Assembly: GCF_042660085.1 (NCBI RefSeq)
Contig: NZ_JBHSTI010000008.1
Span: 330,001 to 362,000, forward strand
Source of the DNA: Longivirga aurantiaca
GTDB taxonomy: Bacteria; Actinomycetota; Actinomycetes; S36-B12; CAIYMF01
Length of the DNA stretch: 32,000 nucleotides
Direction of reading: 5' to 3'
Below, one piece after another: positions 17,081 to 26,116 of this stretch. Numbering within the stretch: position 1 is the first letter of the stretch; every line of letters begins with the position of its first letter. The position numbers and the translations under genes are program-made. Below the pieces are notes generated by a model. That model was not told the DNA's origin. It saw nothing but the letters and a program-made list of their open reading frames with translations, and did no database searches.

Positions 17081-17965
17081 TCAGTCGGGCTTTCGGGCGA
17101 GGTACGTGAACGCGACCGGGAGAGGCTGCGGCGGCTCACCGGGGTTGGTGCCCCGGCCCAGCAGGAAGCGGTGCAGGCCGTCGTCGCCCTGGGTGAGGAC
17201 CTCGTCGCCGCGCGGGTTGAACGCGATGGCGTCGTGCTCGTCGAGGTGCTCCAGGGTGAGCCCCGCGCGCAGGCCGCCCATGACGACGTCGGCGATGGAG
17301 TGCGCGAACGACGTCGTCGTGCTCTCGTTCGTGTCGGTGGGGTCGGCGTACGAGCCGGCGCCGGTGTAGGTCAAGGCGACGCCGCCGCCGTACGGGAAGT
17401 CGCACACGACCTCGGGGGAGAGCGAGTCGAACATCTGGTACGCCGGATGCAGCTCCACCATCACGAGCACGCCTCCGGGCCGGAGCGCGAGGGCCACCTG
17501 GCGCATCCAGAGGTCGAGGTCGTCGATCCAGCAGATCGCGCCGATGGTCGCGTAGACGATGTCGAAGCGTCCGTGCAGGGACGGCGGCAGGTCGCGCGCG
17601 TCGGTCTCGACCGTCTCGATCGTGACGCCGACGCGCGCCGCGAGGTCGTGCGCACGCCCGAGCGCGGCGGCGGAGTAGTCGGCACAGGTCACGCGCGCGC
17701 CGGCCCGCGCCATGACCACGCCGTCCACGCCGATGTGGCTCTGCAGGTGCAGCACGTACCTGCCCGGCAGAGCGGCGAGCGGGGTGCCGGCGTCCGCGCC
17801 GGTGGCGTGGGCGAGCGCCTGCTCCTCGAGCGTCGTCAGCAGGGTGCCGCCGGCCACCACGTCGTCGAGCAGGTAGTAGCGGTCTCCGGGCGTGGTGCCA
17901 TGGGTGGCGGCCGCGCCGTCCCAGTAGTTCTTGGTGCTCGGGTCGACGACGAGGTCAGGGCTCAT
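17081..17965 (-). CDS. Class I SAM-dependent methyltransferase
   Basis: 'VLHLQSHIGVDGVVMARAGARVTCADYSAAAL' (motif I-like), 'FDIVYATIGAICWIDDL' and 'LRPGGVLVMVELHP'. Start taken at ATG 17965. Confidence 0.75.
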   Translation of the reverse strand: MSPDLVVDPSTKNYWDGAAATHGTTPGDRYYLLDDVVAGGTLLTTLEEQALAHATGADAGTPLAALPGRYVLHLQSHIGVDGVVMARAGARVTCADYSAAALGRAHDLAARVGVTIETVETDARDLPPSLHGRFDIVYATIGAICWIDDLDLWMRQVALALRPGGVLVMVELHPAYQMFDSLSPEVVCDFPYGGGVALTYTGAGSYADPTDTNESTTTSFAHSIADVVMGGLRAGLTLEHLDEHDAIAFNPRGDEVLTQGDDGLHRFLLGRGTNPGEPPQPLPVAFTYLARKPD

Positions 17966-18044
17966 GCCGCGCAGTCTGCCGCGTGCGCGCGACCGACGTC
18001 GCCCTGGTTGTCTCCGTGCGCCCTCGTGCACAGCAGGGTCGCGG

Positions 18045-19361
18045 TCAGGCGGGTGGGGCCTCGGGCTCGGTCGCGGGGTCGAGGTGCGGAGCCGTCGCAG
18101 CCTGGGCCTTCGCGCGGCCCAGGGTCTCTGGCATCGTCGCCGACATCGCGAGGGTGATCAGCATGATCACGGCACCGATGGTGAACCCGAGGCTGTAGGA
18201 CTTCGTGGAGTCGACGATAGCGCCGACGATGAGCGGTCCGGCGATGGCGCCGACGTCGCTCATCATCTGGAACGTCGCGACCACAGGACCTTCACGGCGG
18301 CCGCCGGTGATGTCGCCGACCACCGCGGACGGCCCGGCGCCCAGGTAGGCCGACCCTGCGCCCAGCACGGCCATGGCGCCGAGGAACGCCCAGAGACTGC
18401 CGGTCAGGGCGAGCGCCAGGAAGCCGATGGCCGTGATCCCCGTCCCGAGCATGAGCGCGATCCGGCGGCCTTGGGTGTCGGTGGTGCGCCCGGCTCGTGA
18501 GAGCAGAGGCGCCTGCACGGCTGCGGAGGCGAGCGCGCCGTACCCGGCCCAGGCCGGGTCGAGGCCGAGGCTGTTGACGACGAACAGCGGGACGATGGCC
18601 GAACGCAGCCCGAACGCGGTGAAGCCGCTGCCGAAGTTGACGACGAGGGCGGTGACATAGGCGCGGTCGCGCACCGCCTGCCGCATGATCGCCCAGCCGG
18701 AACGGCCCGCGGCCGCGGCTGCGTTCGACGGCTTCTCCGGTGCATCGAGCAGACGTGTACGGGACATCGTCGTGATGACCACGACGACCGCGGCGCCGAG
18801 GGTCGCGGCGTACACGAAGAACGGCAGCCGGATGGAGATCCCGAGGACGATGCCGCCGACGGCCGGGCCGGTGACCCCACCGAGCAGGAACCCGCCCTGG
18901 AACGCTGCGGCAGCCCGGCCGCGCTGCTCGGGCGCGGCGACGCGGATCAGCAGCGCGAGGGCCGACACGGTGAACATCGCGGAGCCGAGGCCGCCGATCC
19001 CTCGCAGCACCAGCAGTTGCGCGAACGAGGTGGACAGGCCGGCGAACGCCGACGAGACCGCGACGATCGTGAGACCCACGATCAGCGTCATGCGCTCACC
19101 GACCCGGTCGACGATCCAACCGGCAGGAAGCGCGCCGATCAGGCGCATGAGTGCGAAGACCGACACGACCGAGGCGGCCCAGAACGCCGTGACCTCGAAC
19201 TGCTGGGCGAAGATCGGGATGGCCGGGGCGACGATGCCGAAGCCGAGCGCGACGCAGAAGGCGACCGCGGCCAGCACCGCGACCTCGCGCGGCAGCCCCT
19301 CGAGCCACGGCAGGCTGCGCACGCGCGATCCGAGGGTGCGACGGGTGCCGGGCTCGCTCAT
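18045..19361 (-). CDS. MFS transporter
   Basis: 438 aa with ~12 hydrophobic helices. The MFS loop 2-3 motif 'GWIVDRVGERMTLIVG' is present. Confidence 0.85.
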   Translation of the reverse strand: MSEPGTRRTLGSRVRSLPWLEGLPREVAVLAAVAFCVALGFGIVAPAIPIFAQQFEVTAFWAASVVSVFALMRLIGALPAGWIVDRVGERMTLIVGLTIVAVSSAFAGLSTSFAQLLVLRGIGGLGSAMFTVSALALLIRVAAPEQRGRAAAAFQGGFLLGGVTGPAVGGIVLGISIRLPFFVYAATLGAAVVVVITTMSRTRLLDAPEKPSNAAAAAGRSGWAIMRQAVRDRAYVTALVVNFGSGFTAFGLRSAIVPLFVVNSLGLDPAWAGYGALASAAVQAPLLSRAGRTTDTQGRRIALMLGTGITAIGFLALALTGSLWAFLGAMAVLGAGSAYLGAGPSAVVGDITGGRREGPVVATFQMMSDVGAIAGPLIVGAIVDSTKSYSLGFTIGAVIMLITLAMSATMPETLGRAKAQAATAPHLDPATEPEAPPA

Positions 19362-19605
19362 CGCGGAGTCACGCAGTCGCCAGGCACGTCGCGCATCCTC
19401 TCACCCGCGTCGCCAACGGTTTGCGATGAAGGGGGCCTTCGTTGCTCAGAGCGCAACAAACTGGGCATTCACGCGGACGGCGGCTCCCTGGCGTCCGTCC
19501 GCCTCTTGCTTGGCTTCCCTGCATGCCACGGTCCGGCTGTGGGCAGCACATGAACGGACGTGTCCGCCGAAGGCAGTGGAAGCTCATCGATCGGGAAAGA
19601 GAGGG

Positions 19606-21567
19606 TCAGGCGGAGCGGCGGCGTCCTCCGGAGCGGCGCTTGAGGTAGTCGCTGACGACGTAGTCGCCGAGACGGTCGCCCTCGGGGGCCAGCACGCGGC
19701 CACCGTTGCGGCGCGCGATGTCGTCGAGGAAGCGGGCGAGGCGCGGCTCGTGGCCGAGGCGGAAGAACGACAGCGGGACGCCGCGGCGCGTCATCTTGTC
19801 GACCTCGGCCAGCGTGAGCTCGATCGTCTCCGGCCCCGGCGGCCACTGGAACCACCACTCGCCATCACGGTCGAGGTGAGCCGTCGGCTCGCCGTCGGTC
19901 ACCACGAGCACGACGGGCTCCGCGTCCGGATGCTTGTCGAGGAAGCGCCCGGCGAGCATCAGCGCGTGCTGCAGGTTGGTGCCCTGCACCTCGTTGGCAT
20001 CGAGGTCGGGCAGCTCGTGCGGCGCGATGCGCCGGGCGAGGTTGGCGAACGCGATGATCTCGACGGCGTCGAGCGGGAACTGCGTCGTGGCGAGCGCGTG
20101 CAGCGCCATCGCCGTGGTCTTCGCCGTACGCCAGGTGTCGTTCATGACCATCGAGAACGACTGGTCGACCAGCAGCACCACCGCCGCGCGGGTGCGGCGC
20201 TCGGTCTCGCGGATCTCGAAGTCCTCCGGCCGCAGCAGCGGTCCGTCGCTGTCGACCATGCGACGGCGTACGGCGTTCGACACCGTCTTGACGACGTCGA
20301 GCGGCTGCTCGTCGCCGAAGCGCCACTCGCGCGTCGTGCCCGTGAGCTCGCCCGCGGCACCGGCGTCGTGGACGTCGTGGTCGCCGCGGCCGCCGGACTC
20401 GAGCGATGCGAACACCCGGCGCAGGGCTGTCTGCCCGATGCGACGGATCGCCTTGGCGGTCAGCTCGATCTCGCCGCCCTTGCGCGTGAGGTAGCCCTGC
20501 CGCTCGAGCTCGCGCTCGATCTCCTGCAGCCGCTTGAGGTCGTCGACGGCCTGGCGCCCCAGGGCGCGGGCGACAGCCTCCTCGTCGACGTCATCGAGCG
20601 AGGCGCCGGCGTAGTCCTGCCCGAGGGCCTCGGAGAGGGCGTCGAGGTCGGCGAGGTCGGCGAGCGCCTCGGTGGCGTCGCCGAGCCCGAGCGGCTCGTC
20701 GCCGCGCAGCCGCTGCCGCCCGCTCCAGGGGAGATCGGGCCGCATCGCGCGCAGGTTGTCGGTGAGGCGCCCCATCTCCGACGCGAGATCCATGTCGCCG
20801 AGGGCGTCGGCCATCAGCTCGGCGAGCTCCTGGCGCTGCTCGGGCGTCATCGACTCGAGCATGCGCTGCATCGCGGCGGCCTGGCGCGCGAGCTGGTCGA
20901 GCAGCTGCTCGATGTTCTCGGGGTTCTCGGGGAAGAACTCGCCGTGCTCGTCCATGAAATCGGCGAAGTCCTGCTCGGTGTCCTCGCCCCGCGCGTGCTT
21001 CTCGAGCATCTGGTTGAGGTCGGCCATCATGTTCTTCAGACGCTCGCGCGACTCCGACCCGGCCGGGTCCTGCAGGGCCTGCTTCATGCCGCGGAACTGC
21101 TGGTCGAGCACGTCGCGGCGCAGCATGTCCTTCAGGTCGTCGAACGTCTGCCGCGCCTCGGGCGAGCGCCAGTCGTACTCGGACAGCTCGCGCACCGCCC
21201 GCGACGTTGACGACGGCAGGTTGTCGAGCTGCGTCTCGCGGAAACGGGCGTCGTCCGACGGGTCGGGGAACAGCGCCTGCTTCTCCCGCTCCACGGCCCG
21301 GTCGAGCATCTCGGCGGCCTTCTCGAGCATGCCGTCCATGCGGCCGGACCGCTCGAGCGAGCGCCGCCGCTGCTGCACCTTGCGCATGAGGTCGTCGAGA
21401 CCTCGGACGCCGTCGGCGCCGCGCTGCAGCAGGTCGCGGACGGCGTCGCGCACGTCGAGGCCGTCGAGCACGCGGTCGCCGAGCTCGTCGACGGCGCGGC
21501 CGGCGTCGTACGGCGCAGCCAGGGGATCGGGCCCGTCGTCATACGCGCCGTAGCGGAAGCGGTTCAT
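19606..21567 (-). CDS. VWA domain-containing protein (CoxE/ChlD-like partner of the upstream AAA+ ATPase)
   Basis: C-terminal VWA domain with MIDAS 'VVLLVDQSFSM' (DxSxS) and 'VLVVTDGEPT'. The long acidic helical N-terminal region has no recognised domain. ATG 21567 lies 4 nt after the ATPase stop, with GGAG upstream. Confidence 0.85.
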   Translation of the reverse strand: MNRFRYGAYDDGPDPLAAPYDAGRAVDELGDRVLDGLDVRDAVRDLLQRGADGVRGLDDLMRKVQQRRRSLERSGRMDGMLEKAAEMLDRAVEREKQALFPDPSDDARFRETQLDNLPSSTSRAVRELSEYDWRSPEARQTFDDLKDMLRRDVLDQQFRGMKQALQDPAGSESRERLKNMMADLNQMLEKHARGEDTEQDFADFMDEHGEFFPENPENIEQLLDQLARQAAAMQRMLESMTPEQRQELAELMADALGDMDLASEMGRLTDNLRAMRPDLPWSGRQRLRGDEPLGLGDATEALADLADLDALSEALGQDYAGASLDDVDEEAVARALGRQAVDDLKRLQEIERELERQGYLTRKGGEIELTAKAIRRIGQTALRRVFASLESGGRGDHDVHDAGAAGELTGTTREWRFGDEQPLDVVKTVSNAVRRRMVDSDGPLLRPEDFEIRETERRTRAAVVLLVDQSFSMVMNDTWRTAKTTAMALHALATTQFPLDAVEIIAFANLARRIAPHELPDLDANEVQGTNLQHALMLAGRFLDKHPDAEPVVLVVTDGEPTAHLDRDGEWWFQWPPGPETIELTLAEVDKMTRRGVPLSFFRLGHEPRLARFLDDIARRNGGRVLAPEGDRLGDYVVSDYLKRRSGGRRRSA

Positions 21568-21571
21568 CGCC

Positions 21572-22999
21572 TCAGGCTCCGCCGTAGACCGCGCGGCCAC
21601 CGCCGGGCACCTCGTCCTTGGAGATGCGCCGCGTCAGGTAGAGGCCCTCGAGCACCGTCTCGAGGCACGCGGCCACGATGCCCGGCGACTCGCCGCCGGA
21701 GTCCTCGCCCTCGAGCGCGGCCACGATGCGGCCGAGGCCTTCGACCGGGCCGACCCGACGCAGGATCTCCTCGCTCGTGACGAGGTCGCCGACCTCGATG
21801 GACGTGCCCTCGTCGAAGCGCGTGATCAGTGCTGCGAGGTCGACGCCGCCGAGCCGCGCTCGGAACGTCTCGGCCACCGCGCGCTTCAACAGGTGCTGCA
21901 GCACCTCCTCCTCGCGGCCCTCCTCGCTCACCTCGAACTCGACCTTGCCGCGCAGCGTCGGCACCACGGCCGGCAGGTCGCCGACGCGCGCGACGCCGAG
22001 CGCCTCGCCGGTGATGGCCGCGCGCCGCAGCGCGCTCGCCGCGAGCGACTCGGCTGCCGCCACCGAGAACCGCGCCGAGACGCCGGAGCGCTGATCGACG
22101 GCGGTCGACTCGCGGACGAGCCGCGTGAAGCGGGAGACCACCTCGAGCAGGTGGTGCGGCACCTGTGCCTGGAGGTCTGCCTCCTGGCGCACGAGCGAGA
22201 TCTCGTCGGCGAGGCGCAGCGGGTAGTGGGTGCGGATCTCGGCGCCGAAGCGGTCCTTCAGCGGCGTGATGATCCGGCCACGGTTGGTGTAGTCCTCGGG
22301 GTTCGCGCTCGCGACGAGCATGAGGTCGAGGGGGAGGCGCAGCGCGTAGCCGCGCACCTGGATGTCGCGCTCCTCCAGCACGTTGAGCAGCGACACCTGG
22401 ATGCGCTCGGCGAGGTCGGGCAGCTCGTTGATGGCGAAGATGCCGCGGTTGGTGCGCGGCACGAGGCCGTAGTGGATCGTCTCGGGGTCGCCGAGGGTGC
22501 GGCCCTCGGCCACCTTCACCGGATCGACGTCGCCGATGAGGTCGCCCACGCTGGTGTCGGGCGTGGCGAGCTTCTCGCCGTACCTCGCCGAGCGGTGCAG
22601 CCATCCGACGGCGGTCGCGTCGCCGTGCGTCGCGACCTGGCGCTTGGCCCAGACCGAGACGGGGTCGTACGGGTGCTCGTTCAGCTCGCTGCCCTCGAGC
22701 ACCGGGGTCCACTCGTCGAGCAGGCCGACGAGGGTCCGCAGCAGGCGCGTCTTGCCCTGCCCGCGCTCGCCGAGGAGCACGAGGTCGTGGCCCGCGAGGA
22801 TCGCGCGCTCGAGCTGCGGGCGCACGGTGTCCTCGATGCCGACGACGCCCGGGAAGGGGTCCTCGCCGGCGACGAGGCGCGCCACGAGGTTGGTGCGCAG
22901 CTCGGCCTTGACCGTGCGGTGCTCGTGCCCGGATGCCCGCAGGGCGCCGAGCGTGCGGGGGAGATCGGCGGGGGCGTCGGGGACGCGCAGATCGGTCAC
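21572..22999 (-). CDS. ChlI/MoxR-like AAA+ ATPase (Mg-chelatase subunit I family)
   Basis: Walker A 'LLGERGQGKT'; a Walker B-like 'GIFAINELPDL'; 'LMLVASANPEDY..GRIITPLKDRF' (sensor / Arg-finger region). The start is taken at GTG 22999 because codons 23000-23068 are rich in T-ending codons. Confidence 0.85.
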   Translation of the reverse strand: MTDLRVPDAPADLPRTLGALRASGHEHRTVKAELRTNLVARLVAGEDPFPGVVGIEDTVRPQLERAILAGHDLVLLGERGQGKTRLLRTLVGLLDEWTPVLEGSELNEHPYDPVSVWAKRQVATHGDATAVGWLHRSARYGEKLATPDTSVGDLIGDVDPVKVAEGRTLGDPETIHYGLVPRTNRGIFAINELPDLAERIQVSLLNVLEERDIQVRGYALRLPLDLMLVASANPEDYTNRGRIITPLKDRFGAEIRTHYPLRLADEISLVRQEADLQAQVPHHLLEVVSRFTRLVRESTAVDQRSGVSARFSVAAAESLAASALRRAAITGEALGVARVGDLPAVVPTLRGKVEFEVSEEGREEEVLQHLLKRAVAETFRARLGGVDLAALITRFDEGTSIEVGDLVTSEEILRRVGPVEGLGRIVAALEGEDSGGESPGIVAACLETVLEGLYLTRRISKDEVPGGGRAVYGGA

Positions 23000-23199
23000 C
23001 TCACGACCGTACGTCGCCGCACCGACGAGCGCACCAGGTCGGCCGTACGCCGAACGCAGAGCGACCACGGGAATACGGGTCGCAGGCTCCGCTGAACCTG
23101 CGTGGCGCGACCGCGCCGGCGTTACAGCGGCGTCACCGGAACAGGTGGTGCACGGACGGGTGATGTTTGCTGAACGAGACCCGCGCGCTGGGCCAGGAT

Positions 23200-24402
23200 G
23201 TGCGCGTGACCTCCCTGGCCGTGACCACGCGCACCGGCGACGGCCTCGCCCTCGGTCCCGACCTGGTCGACGCCGCCCGCCGAGCCGTCGCCTCCGCGCT
23301 CGCCCAGCTGGGCCCCGGCCCTGCCCCGGACCTCGCCCTCGTCTGGGTCTCGGGAGGGACTCCGGAGCAGACCGACGCCGCGCTGAAGGTCGCCTCCTAC
23401 GGCATCGGCGCGTCCACCACCCTCGGGTGCACGGCGTACGGCGTGATCGGCGCCGGCCGCGCCGTCGAGTCCGATCGCGCCGTCAGCGTCTGGGCTGCAC
23501 GCCTGCCCGGCGTCAGCCTGCGGTCGTTCCACCTCGAGGTGCTGCGCACCTCGGAGGCGATCGCGGTCGTGGGCATGCCCGAGCGCAGGGTCGACGACGC
23601 CGTCGGCGTGCTTCTCGTCGACCCGTGGTCGTTCCCGGTCGACGGCTTCGTCGGCCAGTCGTACGACGTCCTGCGCGGGCTCCCGCTCGTCGGTGGCCTC
23701 GCGTCGGGATCGGTCGAGCCGGGCGAAACCCGGCTGCTCGTCGACGGCCGCGTGGTCGACCGGGGCGCCGTCGGCGTCGTGATCGGTGGCGACGTCGCCG
23801 TGCGCACCCTGGTGTCGCAGGGCTGCAGGCCGATCGGCAGGCCGATGACGGTCACCGCGGCCGAGGGTCACCGCATCACCGGGCTCGCCGGCCAGTCGCC
23901 GCTGGTGCAGGCGGAGGTCGCGATCTCCGAGCTGCCCGAGGACGCCCGCGACATGGCGGTGCACGGCCTGCACCTGGGCGTCGCTATGGACGAGTACGCG
24001 CTCGAGCACGGGCGCGGCGACTTCGTCGCCCGCGGCCTCGTCGCGGCCGACGACCTCGACGGCTCGATCTCGGTCGGCGACGTCGTGCCCGTCGGCTCCA
24101 CGGTGCAGTTCCTGCTCCGCGACGCATCGACCGCGCACGAGGACCTCGCCGACGAGCTCGACGGGCTGCGGCGCGAGATCGGCTTCGAGCGCGTCGCCGG
24201 GGCGCTGCTGTTCACCGGCGACGGCCGCGGTCGCGAGCTCTTCGCCTCTGCCGAGCACGACGTCGCGGCCGTGCGCGGCAGCCTCGGCGTCGAGCACGTC
24301 GGCGGGTTCTTCGCCTCGGGCGAGATCGGCCCGGTCGGCGGGCGCAACCACGTGCACGGCGTCACGGCGACGGTGCTCGCGTTCGAGGACTCGGCGAGGT
24401 GA
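23200..24402 (+). CDS. FIST N/C domain-containing sensory protein (stand-alone)
   Basis: ~400 aa. The C-terminal 'GGFFASGEIGPVGGRNHVHGVTATVLAF' is the characteristic FIST_C ending. Start is uncertain among TTG 23167, GTG 23200 and GTG 23206; AGGA lies 8 nt before 23206. Confidence 0.75.
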   Translation: MRVTSLAVTTRTGDGLALGPDLVDAARRAVASALAQLGPGPAPDLALVWVSGGTPEQTDAALKVASYGIGASTTLGCTAYGVIGAGRAVESDRAVSVWAARLPGVSLRSFHLEVLRTSEAIAVVGMPERRVDDAVGVLLVDPWSFPVDGFVGQSYDVLRGLPLVGGLASGSVEPGETRLLVDGRVVDRGAVGVVIGGDVAVRTLVSQGCRPIGRPMTVTAAEGHRITGLAGQSPLVQAEVAISELPEDARDMAVHGLHLGVAMDEYALEHGRGDFVARGLVAADDLDGSISVGDVVPVGSTVQFLLRDASTAHEDLADELDGLRREIGFERVAGALLFTGDGRGRELFASAEHDVAAVRGSLGVEHVGGFFASGEIGPVGGRNHVHGVTATVLAFEDSAR

Positions 24403-25319
24403 CGCTCGCGCTCGCGCTCGACGTCGGCGGCACGAAGATCGCCGCCGGTCAGGTGCGGCGCGACGGCGAGGTCGTGGGCTACGTCCGCGAGGCCACGCCG
24501 CAGACCGACGACCCCGAGGCGGTCTGGCGGGCCGTCGTCGAGGTCCTGGACCGCGTGGTCGACGAGGAGGGCGACGGGTACGACGCGGTCGGCATCGGCT
24601 GCGGCGGGCCGATGGAGTGGCCCGCCGGCGTGGTGTCGCCCGGCAACATGGCCGCGTGGCGCGGCTTCCCGCTCCTCGAGAGGGTCCGCGAGCGCTACGC
24701 CGGGGACCGCAGGATCGCGATCCACAACGACGCCGTGGCGCTGGCGGTGGCCGAGCACCGCTGGGGTGCGGGTCGCGGCAAGGCGCACGTGCTCGGCATG
24801 GTCGTATCGACGGGGGTCGGCGCGGGGCTCGTCCTCGGGGGTCGTCGCGTCGATGGCAAGACCGGGAACGCCGGCCACCTCGGCCACACGATCGTCGCGC
24901 CCGACGGCGAGGTCTGCCGGTGCGGTGCGCGCGGCTGTCTCGAGCCGATCGCCCGCGGTCCCGCGATCGCGGCGTACGCCGTCGCCCTCGGATGGCAGGG
25001 CGAGCAGACCGGTGTGGCCGTGGCCAGGGGCGCACGCGAGGGCGACCCCGCCTGCCTCGCGGCGTTCGACCGGGCCGGGCGTGCGGTCGGCCAGGCGCTC
25101 GCGTCCGCCGCGGCACTGCTCGACCTCGACGTCGCCGTGGTCGGCGGCGGGGTCTCGCAGGCGGGGCACGTGTTCTGGGACCCGCTGCGCGCGTCGTTCC
25201 ACGAGCACGCCGGCTACGACTTCGTCGAGGGCTGCAGGATCACGCTGCCGATGCTCGGTCCGACGGCTGGAGTCGCCGGCGCCGCCGCCCTGGTGCTGGA
25301 CGACGGTGCCGGCGGGTAG
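24399..25319 (+). CDS. ROK family sugar kinase (no N-terminal HTH)
   Basis: In the frame of ORF 22497..25319. GTG 24399 overlaps the FIST stop (GTGA). Contains 'LALDVGGTKIA' (ATP-binding) and the ROK zinc motif 'GHLGH...CRCGARGCLE'. Confidence 0.85.
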   Translation: MTLALALDVGGTKIAAGQVRRDGEVVGYVREATPQTDDPEAVWRAVVEVLDRVVDEEGDGYDAVGIGCGGPMEWPAGVVSPGNMAAWRGFPLLERVRERYAGDRRIAIHNDAVALAVAEHRWGAGRGKAHVLGMVVSTGVGAGLVLGGRRVDGKTGNAGHLGHTIVAPDGEVCRCGARGCLEPIARGPAIAAYAVALGWQGEQTGVAVARGAREGDPACLAAFDRAGRAVGQALASAAALLDLDVAVVGGGVSQAGHVFWDPLRASFHEHAGYDFVEGCRITLPMLGPTAGVAGAAALVLDDGAGG

Positions 25320-25329
25320 CTCGGCCGGG

Positions 25330-25968
25330 TCACCGGGCGGAGCGGGCACGGAATGCGAACACGGCCGACGCGATCCCGAGCGTGAGGGCCACGAGAGCGA
25401 TGTTCACCGCGAGCGAGTACTGGGGTGCCGGGTCGATGGCGAGGCGCTGCAGCACGTTCACGACGTCGTACAGGTTGGCGACGAGCGACGCCGCGGCCAC
25501 CAGGGCCGCCGTGACGCCCAGCCCGATCGAGCGCTCGGTCACCGCCCACGCCGCGATCGCGACGGCGATCGACAGCAGCGGGGTGAGGCTGCGGCCGGTG
25601 AGATCGCCGTGCAGCAGCGACGGTGCCAGCACCTGGACGCTGATGACCGCGACGAGAGCGATCAGTCCGGTCACGACGAGCGGCTTGACCCGCGCGGGCT
25701 CCCCCTGCTGCCCCCGCCGCGCAGCCCAGACGGCGACCGCGGCGTACGCCATCGGCAGGGCGAGCAGCCAGTAGACGTTCACCGGAAGCCCGATCGCGGT
25801 GTCGACGAGCCCGCCGAGGTTGGTGGAGTAGATGGCCCCCGGCGCCGAGCCCGTGTCCATGATGTAGAACGGCATGGCGCCGGCCACGGCGAGTGCGAGC
25901 GCGAGGAGTGGCACGGAGTACTGCGAACGCATGCTGACCGCTGCGCGGGTGGTGACGGCCTGGCTCAT
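25330..25968 (-). CDS. Hypothetical integral membrane protein (~6 TM)
   Basis: The start is taken at ATG 25968 ('MSQAVTTRAAV'), with GGAGGG upstream. Hydrophobic throughout with high GC3. Confidence 0.65.
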   Translation of the reverse strand: MSQAVTTRAAVSMRSQYSVPLLALALAVAGAMPFYIMDTGSAPGAIYSTNLGGLVDTAIGLPVNVYWLLALPMAYAAVAVWAARRGQQGEPARVKPLVVTGLIALVAVISVQVLAPSLLHGDLTGRSLTPLLSIAVAIAAWAVTERSIGLGVTAALVAAASLVANLYDVVNVLQRLAIDPAPQYSLAVNIALVALTLGIASAVFAFRARSAR

Positions 25969-26116
25969 GATGACGATCCCTCCGGTCGTGGAGCCCTGGT
26001 GAGCTCCTGTCGGGACGGATCCTTCGGCCGTCGTGCCTCTCCCGTCTGTCTGCCCGCCGACACTTCGACGAGGTCGACCTCGCCCCACCGCAGACGTTGT
26101 CTGATGCACTGGTCCT

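Noticed and set aside
19606-22999. The AAA+/VWA pair considered as a vWA-MoxR-type conflict or defence system.
   Set aside because: There is no third component, effector (protease, nuclease, TIR and so on) or mobile-element context. The neighbours are housekeeping genes, and the pair looks like the broadly conserved chromosomal ChlI/VWA module.
23000-23068. An N-terminal extension of the AAA+ ATPase to GTG 23068.
   Set aside because: The 23 extra codons are rich in T-ending codons (gct, cgt, cct, ggt), unlike the rest of the gene. GTG 22999 gives an N-terminus starting just before the conserved 'PRTLGALRASGH'.
23091-23175. GCTGAAC direct repeats (~23091 and ~23169) and the GGCGCG-AC-CGCGCC palindrome (~23104-23117) in the AAA+/FIST divergent region.
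   Set aside because: They are short and GC-rich, so they are likely to occur by chance at this base composition. There is not enough to call an operator.
22497-24398. The upstream 634 codons of ORF 22497..25319, and similarly 27907..29739 of ORF 27907..30951 and 2485..3081 of ORF 2485..3891.
   Set aside because: These are Arg/Pro-rich read-through of other genes' alternate frames. Recognisable domains (ROK, IlvA, CysQ) begin only at the internal GTG starts, which overlap or follow the upstream genes.
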